This document shows positions 20,660 through 29,900 of a stretch of DNA of 64,000 nt, one piece after another. This DNA comes from Thermoplasmatota archaeon (GTDB lineage Archaea; Thermoplasmatota; JAKEGO01): assembly GCA_028279595.1 (NCBI GenBank), contig JANQNK010000003.1:249087-313086 (forward strand), given 5' to 3'. The number at the start of each line of letters is the position of its first letter. Position 1 is the stretch's first letter. The notes under the pieces were generated by a model, which saw only the letters and a program-made list of their open reading frames with translations, was not told where the DNA came from and did no database searches. Both the position numbers and the translations under genes were made by a program.

Positions 20660-22237
20660 ATGAAGGCGGTGGTTCTTGGTAGTCTTGTTGTCCTTGCTGT
20701 TGTGTCCATAATGATCATACCCACCGTTTCGGGAGACCAGGGTGACATCCTGTGGGATGAGACCTTCGGCGGTACCGATGAGGACCGGGGCAGGTACGCC
20801 ACGGAAACATCAGACGGCGGTTTCATCATGACCGGCGAGTCGAAATCATACGGTTCCGGGAACAGGGACCTTTGGCTCCTCAAGACGGACGAGAACGGGT
20901 CCGAGGAGTGGAACGAGACCTTCGGCGGTTCAGGTGAGGACCTCGGCTTCGTTGTGCAAGAGACCTCGGATGGAGAGTTCGTGGTCTGTGGCTTCACGAG
21001 CCCTGGCACCAATAGGAACCAGCGGGATCTCTGGATAGTCAAGACGTTCGCTAACGGGACATTGAACTGGAGCCGGACCTACGGAGGGACCTCGCAGGAA
21101 GAGGGCCGTTTCCTCATAGAGACCGATGACGGTGGGCTGATTTTCACCGGATTCACCGGTTCATACGGTTCGGGAGGCTTGGACATCTGGGTGATCAAGA
21201 CCTACGCCAACGGAACGGAGCAATGGAACGAGACCTACGGCTGGCAGTACCGCGACGAGGGCCACTCCATCCGTCCTACGAGTGACGGTGGATACATATT
21301 GGGTGGCAGGGGTGCACCCCCAAGCGGCGGGGGCGGCCAGGACCTCGTACTAATGAAGATCGACGACGAGGGAACCCTCGATTGGACCGAAACATGGGGG
21401 GGCTCCGGAATGGACGAGGCCTGGGACGCTCAGGAGATCGAAGGAGGGGACATCCTCGTTTCCGGCAGGACGTTCTCGTACGGTCAGGGAAATGGAGACC
21501 TGTATCTGATCAAGACCGACGGCAACGGATCCGAGGAGTTCGAGAAGACCTACGGCGGCTCGAAGGAGGACCTCGGCAAGCTCTTCACCGAAACCCCGGA
21601 TGGAAATTACGCCATTATCGGCAGAACCCGTTCGTACGTTTCAGGAGGATCCAGCGACATAGACATCTGGCTCCTCGTCGTTGACAGCGATGGGGTCGAG
21701 ATCGTGAACGAGACCTATGCCGGGAACGGATGGGACGAGGCCAGGAGCATTCTCATGACCTCAGACGGCAACTACATCATTGCTGGTTCCTACGGCGATA
21801 CAGACAGGGACGAGACCCATTTCTGGCTCCTGAAGCTCGAGGGGCCTCCCCCGAACGTCGCTCCAGAACTCGTGAACGGGGACCACGATCCCAAGAACGG
21901 GAACACCTACACATGGTACAACTTCACGGTCACATACAGGGACGCCAACAACGACACGCCTGCATTCGTCTACGCCAACATCGACGGGACGAACCATTCC
22001 ATGGACAAGGTGAACTCGACCGACGACGATTTCGTTGGCGGTGTGGACTATCATTACAGGACCCGGCTGACCGCCGGCGACCACGACTACTATTTCGTGA
22101 CGGACGACGGTGTCCATACCAACTCCACCACTGTAAGGACCACAGGGACGGTGATCCCTGAGTTCGGGTCCCTTGCAGTAATGATCTCCGTGACCATGTT
22201 CGCCATGGTCCTCATCTGGGCCAGACGGAGACGGTAA
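20660..22237 (+). CDS. PEF-CTERM protein with about seven 50-aa repeats (probable beta-propeller)
   Basis: Likely start MKAVVLG at 20660, followed by a signal peptide. Repeats of W..T[FY]GG...D.G.....T.DG..I..G...SYG.G..D.W..KT..NG. Same C-terminal domain as genes 1-3, then VIPEFG-TM-RRRR. Confidence 0.88.
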   Translation: MKAVVLGSLVVLAVVSIMIIPTVSGDQGDILWDETFGGTDEDRGRYATETSDGGFIMTGESKSYGSGNRDLWLLKTDENGSEEWNETFGGSGEDLGFVVQETSDGEFVVCGFTSPGTNRNQRDLWIVKTFANGTLNWSRTYGGTSQEEGRFLIETDDGGLIFTGFTGSYGSGGLDIWVIKTYANGTEQWNETYGWQYRDEGHSIRPTSDGGYILGGRGAPPSGGGGQDLVLMKIDDEGTLDWTETWGGSGMDEAWDAQEIEGGDILVSGRTFSYGQGNGDLYLIKTDGNGSEEFEKTYGGSKEDLGKLFTETPDGNYAIIGRTRSYVSGGSSDIDIWLLVVDSDGVEIVNETYAGNGWDEARSILMTSDGNYIIAGSYGDTDRDETHFWLLKLEGPPPNVAPELVNGDHDPKNGNTYTWYNFTVTYRDANNDTPAFVYANIDGTNHSMDKVNSTDDDFVGGVDYHYRTRLTAGDHDYYFVTDDGVHTNSTTVRTTGTVIPEFGSLAVMISVTMFAMVLIWARRRR

Positions 22238-22355
22238 GGGGAAGGGATCCCAGCATCGCCCGGTCCGATGCCTTCCCGCCCTGCGGGACCGATGCCGTCG
22301 GGTGATGGCGGACAGCCGCGAATTCCCTTGTGATCCATTCGGCTCCCCGTCGATG

Positions 22356-22367
22356 CATTTATATAAT
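22356..22367 (+). promoter_or_regulatory. Putative TATA box of the HTH-10 regulator gene
   Basis: caTTTATATAat about 50 bp upstream of ATG 22413, with a GAGGT RBS-like motif. Confidence 0.55.
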
Positions 22368-22412
22368 TCCGCAAGGATTCGAACATTGCTTTTGCGAAGA
22401 GGTTGACCTCGA

Positions 22413-23036
22413 ATGATGGAAGCGGTTATCTCGCTGAAGACCCCGGATACATGGGTCAGCAACCTGGCGAAGAAGTTCGATATCCACATCAAGGTCCTCG
22501 ATTGCATTCCCGACGATGGGAAGATGAGGGACCTCGCTGAGATCGCCCTCAACCGGAACGAGCTCGATCCGATCATCGAGGAGATCAAGGGGATGGAGAA
22601 CGTCCTTTCAGTGGACGTCGAGCAGGTCGAGCGGGACCGGGCCTGGGTCGTCGTGCACACGAACGAGTGCCTTGGTTGCTGTCTGCTCCGGGACCACGAT
22701 TGCTTCCTGATAATCGCCGAGACAGGGAAGGAGGGCGAGATACTGTGGAAGCTCGTCTTCACCGAGAAGCGCCACCTCCAGGAGCTCGTGTGGGACCTGA
22801 AGGAGACGGGCATCGAGGTCAAGATACACAAGATAAGCAAGTTCACGGAGAAGGAGTCGCTCACCGAGAGGCAGGAGATGATGATACGACAGGCCCTCGC
22901 CCTCGGCTACTACGACTTCCCGAAGAGGATCGGGATCAGGGAGCTGGCGGAGAAGTTCGATGTCTCCACCGCGACCCTGAGCGAGACCCTGAGGAGGGGT
23001 CAGAAGAAGATCCTCGAGGACTACTTCCAGAAGTGA
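22413..23036 (+). CDS. HTH-10 (bacterio-opsin activator-type) transcriptional regulator
   Basis: C-terminal LTERQEMMIRQALALGYYDFPKRIGIRELAEKFDVSTATLSETLRRGQKKIL matches the archaeal HTH_10 signature. Confidence 0.9.
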   Translation: MMEAVISLKTPDTWVSNLAKKFDIHIKVLDCIPDDGKMRDLAEIALNRNELDPIIEEIKGMENVLSVDVEQVERDRAWVVVHTNECLGCCLLRDHDCFLIIAETGKEGEILWKLVFTEKRHLQELVWDLKETGIEVKIHKISKFTEKESLTERQEMMIRQALALGYYDFPKRIGIRELAEKFDVSTATLSETLRRGQKKILEDYFQK

Positions 23037-23079
23037 GGGCCGGACTGACGATCATTCAGCCACAAGGGACAGTGAAACG

Positions 23080-23424
23080 ATGTTGAGGACGAAATCGGTG
23101 TACGAGGGACTGTCGGACGAGGACGGCATGCGAGTGCTGGTGATGAGGGAGTGGCCCCGCAATATCGAGCGGGACCAGATCGACGAGTGGATCGTCGAGC
23201 TCTCTCCCAGCGAGGAGCTCGACATGGAGTGGAACAACCGGAAGATCGAGTGGGAGGAGTACGTCGAGCGTTACAAGGCAGAGGTCGCCGACCAGGTCAC
23301 CCACATGAAGTTCCTGAAGGAGCTCTCCCAGAGGAAGGACGTGACCCTCCTCTGCTGGGAGGGGATGGAGGACCGGTGCCACCGCAAGATCCTCAAGGAG
23401 CTCATCGAGGCCATCGACGCCTGA
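23080..23424 (+). CDS. DUF488 / YeaO family protein
   Basis: Motifs K.VY.....DG.RVLV.R.WPR, W..ELSPS.EL, RY..E, VTLLC.E....CHR.IL. Confidence 0.88.
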   Translation: MLRTKSVYEGLSDEDGMRVLVMREWPRNIERDQIDEWIVELSPSEELDMEWNNRKIEWEEYVERYKAEVADQVTHMKFLKELSQRKDVTLLCWEGMEDRCHRKILKELIEAIDA

Positions 23425-23531
23425 ATCCGATCCAATTCCTTTTCCTGACCACGGCCACCCCATACCGTCTAACGTCGGTCCATTAACCATTTCGGGGCAA
23501 CGGCCTTAAAGGGTAGCGGGGTTCCCAGACC

Positions 23532-23834
23532 ATGGTGACAGAAGCAGCGGTCGTGCAGGCCATGAAGAAGGCCACGGAACCTGCAACCGGGATAACCCTG
23601 TTCGATCTGGGTTTCATAGACGATGTCCGGATCGAGGAGGACACGGTGTTCATCATCGTCGTCCCCCACTGCAACTGTCCGTTCATGCCCATACTTCTCG
23701 AGGACCTCTACAGGGTCACCTCGGACGTTCCCGGCGTGGAGAGCGTCGAAATCGAGGTGAACTGGGAGGCCAAGTGGCACCAGGGCAGGATGACCGTTGA
23801 GGGCAAGAAGCACCTCGGCATCGTTGCCAAGTGA
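23532..23834 (+). CDS. DUF59 / SufT / PaaD-like metal-sulfur cluster assembly factor
   Basis: EPATGITLFDLGFI, CPFM, VPGVESVEIEV.W...W...MT.EGK..LG. Confidence 0.85.
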   Translation: MVTEAAVVQAMKKATEPATGITLFDLGFIDDVRIEEDTVFIIVVPHCNCPFMPILLEDLYRVTSDVPGVESVEIEVNWEAKWHQGRMTVEGKKHLGIVAK

Positions 23835-23924
23835 ACCATTGGCGTCGGATCTGATACTTGAATTCCATTCTACACAGCGTGAGCCCTTTCCTACATGAAG
23901 GCCTGACCACCGACCCGCAGGTGC

Positions 23925-26900
23925 CTACCGTTTCCTACCACCGATCGGGATGTAACCCAGGAACACCGCTATCAGGAACACGATCACCAGCACCGCGGCC
24001 ATCGGGATGACAAGACCGGCAAGGCCCTCGTCTTCGCTCTTCTCCTTCGGGACAACGACGTTGATGACCGTATCCGCGGTCTCCCCATGGTCGTCCGCGA
24101 TGATCCGGACCGTGTAGACGCCGGGCTTGATGGGTCTGACCGTGACCATCACCGATGTGTCGTCCTCCGGGTCCAGTGTGACCTCGACGTCGTCAAGGGT
24201 CACGTCCAGTCCCGCCGGGTCGTGCACCGTTGAAAGGGATATGGTAGATTCGTAATTGCCCATGTTCCCCACCTTCACGTAGAAGGTCATGGTCTTCCGG
24301 GCCCTGTCCGAGTTCTTTCCGTCCACGGATATCGTCGGCGAGTAGTACGGGTCCTCCTGGTTGTCGATCGTGATGATGATCATGTCGGAGTCGGTCGCTC
24401 CCTCGAAGTCGGTCGCCCGGACCCGAAGGTTGTACTCGGCGTCCGAGAGCTCGAGCGTATCGAGGGTGTAGGAGTAGATGTCATCACCCTCGTAGTCCAT
24501 CTCCTCGACGACCTCTCCGACGAGGAGCTCGACCGTGTCGATGGTCCTGTCGTCTGTGACCTTCGCCGTGACCTCGACGAGGCCATCGACCTTCCCCGAC
24601 GACGGGGTCTGTATCTTGACCTTCGGGTCCTCGTTGACGTTGTCGATCTCCACCGACCATGATCTGAATGCCACATTCCCGAGGGTGTCCTTCGCCCTGA
24701 CGTCGATGGTGTGAGGCCCCTCCATCAGGGACCTGGTATCCCATGGGATGCGCCACGTGTCCCCGTCCTGCTCCATGTCCTCCCATGTTGAGACGAGGTA
24801 GGCGGAGACCTCATCGATGTTCGGGTCGATGGTCCTTACCTTGACGGTGATATTGCCCTCGACGGAGTCGCCCTCCTTCGGGTTGTTTACCCGTATCTCG
24901 GGCTCCGTGTTGTCCACCTCGATATTGACGTACGTCTCGTTCACGGATCCGTTCGTGTCGGTGACGCGGAACTCGAGCCTGACCGTGCCGTCGTCGGCCT
25001 CGGTCGTATCGATATCGCCTCTCCAGATGGAGTTCTTGGAACCGCCCTGGCTCTTCCATAGGTCCATCCAGTCCCCGCCGTCGATGGACGCCTCGACGTT
25101 TTCGATGCCGAAGTCGTCCTTCACCGTCACCTGGACCTCCATGTCCCCGCCGAACACACCGTCCAGCGGTTCGTCGATCCATATGTACGGAAGGTGATTG
25201 ACGTTGTTCGTCTCCCTCTCGATGGTCTCCTCGGTAACGTGTCCGACCATGTCGATGGCCCTGAACGTGATGGTGTGATCCCCGTCGGACACCGACCCGG
25301 AGTTCCAGACCGCCTGCCATCGATCGTAGTTCTGCTGTTCCAGGTCGTCCCATCCTCCGCCATCTATGCTGTACTCGACGGCGACGATGGTGTCGTCGAC
25401 GACGTCGGCCTTCAATTTCACATATCCCGTCAATGTGCCTGAGGGGACGATGGTATCGAGTGTGGGATACTTGCTGTCCTTTATGAATGAGAATGACTCG
25501 GTGACCTCGTTGTCAACGGTGTCGTTGGCCCTGATCTTGACCAGGTAGCTTCCGTCATCCCTCGGGTCCCAATCGTAGTAGAACTCGTCGTCGATATGGT
25601 CCATGGTCTTCCAGCTTGTCGAGCCGATCCTGATCTGGACCTGGGCCAGGTTGTCGTCGTCCACGGTCAGGGTTATGTTGATGCTCTCCTCGAAGGCGGT
25701 GCCGTTCACAGGAGTGACGTCCTCGAGGACCGGCGCTGTCGTGTCCAGCAGGACGCTGCCCGACTTCTGCCGGGTGCTCCCGTCGCTGTCCTCCGCCCTG
25801 ATCGTGAATCCGACGTTCCCGTTGAGGCCGGACGTGTCCCATTCGTATCTGTACTTGTTCTCGCTGGTTCCGTTCTCCATCTCGATCCAGCTACCGTCAT
25901 CGGGCCTGAACAGCACGGAGTCGATGCCCCTGTCGTCGATGACCTCGACCCTGACCGTTACGCCGACCCCGTACAGGTCGTCGTCCGGTTCGATGATCGT
26001 TATCACTGGAAGGTCGTTCACATTGTCGACGGAGACGTCAATGGAACCGTAACCCTCGTTCCCGGCGACGTCGCGGCATCTGACCTTGAGGGTCATCTCG
26101 CCGTCGGCCGCCTCGGTCGAATCCCAGTCGTAAGTGTAATTGGACCCATTGACGGACATCTTCGACCATCCGCCCTCGGCCTTGAAATGCACCGTGTCAA
26201 TGTCGGACTCGTCGATGTCCGCCTTCACGACCACGGTCCCGGCGACCGTGTCGTCCTGGTCCGGATCGAGTATGTCGACCACTGGCCACGTGTTGTCGAA
26301 ATCGAGGTCCCACGACGTCTGGTTCGTGTTCCCGGCGTCGTCGGAAGCCCTCACGGATACCGTATGCTCCCCGTCGAGATAGGTCGACGTATCGATGTAT
26401 GCGTAGTAGGGGTCGTCCATGAACATGTTGCCCCAGTCCCCGTCGTCGACCCGGAACCACACCTCGTCGATCCTCTCATCGGCGATGCTGGCCCTTATCT
26501 TGATCGTCTCCTTGACGGTCCCGTTGGGACCGAGCGGTACGATCTCCGGGGGAGTGTTGTCCACGGTCACGTTGATCGTCATGGTCTCGGTCTGGTCCTG
26601 CGTGTCGTGGACACGGACGTGGATGTCGTGTATCCCGTCCTCGACCGATGTGGACGACCAGTCCGCCACCCATGAATCGTCGTCCTCCATCATGTCGGTC
26701 CATGAGGCATCATCGTCGATCCTGTAGTCCACCTTCGATATGCCTTCGTCGTCCGTCGCATTGGCGGCTATGCGGACAGTACCGAAGACCAGCGCACCGT
26801 TCGCGGGTTCCAGGATCTCGACTGCCGGAGGGCTGTCGACGTTGTTGACGTAGACCGTCAGGTCGTCCATGCCCCCGTTCCCAAGGCTGTCGATGACGCT

Positions 26901-29900
26901 CAGCTCGATGTCGACATCGCCGTCCTCGACCTCCTGGGTGTTCCAGTCGGTCTCCCAGGTCCCCGAGGTGCTGTTACCGGAGGTCAGGTTCAATGAGGTC
27001 CAGTCGCCGCCGACCGAATACTCCACCGAGTCGACCCCCGAGACGTCGGATACATCGACCGAGATCGTGATGGTCCCGTTGACCTCCTCGTCCTCCACCG
27101 GTGTGACGAACTCCGCGTCTGGGGGTGTGTTGTCCACCGTGACGTTCCGGTAGGCATCCCCTCGATTCCCTGCATGGTCGAACGCCCTCACCTGGATGAC
27201 GTGGTCGCCGTCTGCGACCGTCTTCGTGTCCCAGTCCTCGTGCCCGTCCGAGGACATCCAAGATCCGCCTGCGATCCTGATATCGGAGGACTCCACGCCG
27301 CTTGTGTCGTCATCCGTTGTGAAATCGATCGGCGTCATGTCGGCCACGTGCTGCCCCTCGTCGGGAGCCACGAAGGTCACTTCGGGCGGTGTGTTGTCAA
27401 CTGTGAAGTCGACATCCACATAGGTGACGTTGTCCGTCGAATTGGTCGAACGGACCTCGATGGTGTAGTTGCCGTCCGAGAAAGATGTGGAGTTGAAGGT
27501 CGCGTTCCAGACGCCATCCCCTTCGGACCCCTCCTTGAGCTGCATGTCGGACCACGCGCCGTCGTCCACGCGCCATTCGACGCTCACTATGCCGTCGGAG
27601 TCCCTCGCATGGACGAGGACCTCCTTTTCGCCGGCTATGAAGTCGCCCTCCTCCGGAGCGAGGATCTCCGTGACCCTCGAGACATTGACGAATCCAGCGA
27701 ACACGATGTCATCGATGTAGAGACCCTCTCCGTCATCGTCATCGCCGTCGTGCATCACATGGAATGCGATGGTCACGTTGAATCCTTCGTAATCGTTGAG
27801 CGGGACCACGGCAGTGTCCCAGCGACCCTCAATCCCGCGGAGCGTCGTGAGCCGTTCCCATGACTCGCCATCGTCGGTCGTGATGTTGAGCTCGGCCGAG
27901 TCGCCCTCCATGTCGAAGTAGTATCTGAACCTCATGACTCCCTGCTTGATCGAGAGGAGGGAGATGTCCCTCGAGAGAGACGCGTCACCCGATCCGGTGC
28001 TGTAGTTACCGGTGGAGTCGCTGCCGTACCTCCATGAGTGCGTACCGCTCCTTGACCTCTCGTCCGATATGTCCCAGATGGACTCCGACGTCCATCCCGT
28101 GTCGGCCTCGCAGTCGTCGTCCAGGAGGACCTTCAGGACCGAGATCACGCCGTCGAGCACATTGTTCTCCATGGCCGTCTCGTTGCTGACCTGTTCTACC
28201 GCCATCGAGACGTTGAACGTCCCGTTCATGCTGGGTATGTGGTCGATCGCGACCTCCTCGAACCCGCCGGCAGCGAGGGTCACAGTAGTGGAGTTCACCT
28301 CGTCACCGTCTATCTCGAGTACGACGTCGAACATCTCGCTGCCCGTACCGAGGTTGTGTACGATGGCCGTGAAGGTGGCCGTGACGTTCCTTTCCACGTA
28401 CCTGTCGAAGGTGAGATCGACGATGGCGCCATCGTGGTCCACCTCGTCCCGGACCAGGGACCTCACGAGCTGTCGTCCGAAGCGTGTGTTGTCATCCTCG
28501 TCCAGGTTGTCGTTCGCGAACAGTCCGATATCGGAGGTGGCGAATATGGTCCCTTCACCGAATCCCGTGATGACACCCTGGAGGATGCTGTCATCCTCGG
28601 GGTAGTCCCAGAACAGCGGAGGCCCCGATACCTGGGCATGAGGCCTCTTCAGATAGAGGGCCTCGACCCCCTCGGTCGACTCGTGCTCCTCGATGTTGGT
28701 CGTACGGCCCTCACGGCCCGGCCACGACCCCCACGAGATGTTGAGTCCGCTGCCCAAGAGGTTCGCTGGTTCGAGCAGGTCCGTCACGATGAACAGGCCC
28801 TTTCCGGTCCTCACGAAGTCATGGACGGCCGAGATCTCCTCGTCCTCCATGTTGGCCGTCCTGAGAAGCATCAGCTCGTCAAGGTGGGCGATGTCCTCGT
28901 ACCTCAGCTCCGTATCGATCTCCTCGAAGTCGAAACCAAGGTCCATTAGATATGAAATGAAGTCGCCATGGTCCGTCATGTTCCCGTGGAACGTGTGGAT
29001 CCCCAAAGTCCCAGTCCCATAGAACACGTCCATGTTGGTCCAGGTGGCGTCGTTCCCGGGGGTGTCATCGCCTGCCTCGACAGAGCCGACGACCCTGAAG
29101 TATCCCTCGTCCTCGATGGAGACGTCGAAGGTGAGGTTCTCCCACTCGCGGGAGTCGAGCGATGAGACGTTCCTGACGATCGTGGTGCCCGCGACGTCGA
29201 TGGAGACGTTGATGTCCGACATCTCGTCGATCCCGAGATTGATGAGAGTGATGTCGACCTCGAAGGACTCGTTAGGCCTGACGATATCGGGCGCCGAGAT
29301 CCTGGCCACACCGAGATCCTCCGACTTGAGGGTCCTGCTCAGCCAGGACGCTGAATTGATCGGGAAGAGGGCGTTGTCCTCCTCGTCGAGGTCGCCGTCC
29401 CTGAGGAAGTCGTCGTCCGTGACCACGACCATCCGACCCTCGCCGTACTCGACGGCAGCGGATATGTTCGCTCCGTTCGACGAGTTGAACAGGAGATCGC
29501 TGTCTCCGATCTCCAGGGACGCATCCGGCGACCTGAAGTAGAGCGACGATATCCCATCGGTGACGGGATGGTCCTCGATGGTGTGCGCCGTATCGTTCTG
29601 TTTGCCCGGAACCGTGGACCAGTTCAATCCCATGGGCCCGGTGAGCATCCCGTACGACTCCGGATCGTCATCTGCAAGCATCAGGACGCCGCCGCCGAGG
29701 CGGACGTAGTCCTGGAGCTCGAGGATGTACGATACTGACAAAACGCCAGGACCCGGGATGATGACCAACCGGGACCTCAGCATCTCGGCAAGGTCCATAC
29801 CGTACTCCGACCCGTTCGATATCCTGTAGCCGTCGTCCGCCAGGAGCGAAAGGAGGTCGCCGTGGTCCGACGCGTCCCCGTTGACGTCGTCGATGAGGAT

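Noticed and set aside
1-22237. Diversity-generating retroelement or shufflon acting on the paralog array
   Set aside because: No reverse transcriptase or recombinase in the window. Differences between the shared C-termini are mostly synonymous rather than adenine-specific, and all genes are intact and co-oriented.
22238-22356. Recurring CCGATGC/GCATCG words in intergenic DNA (also at 36301 and 42936)
   Set aside because: Short words that are very common in this genome's composition, with no consistent spacing.
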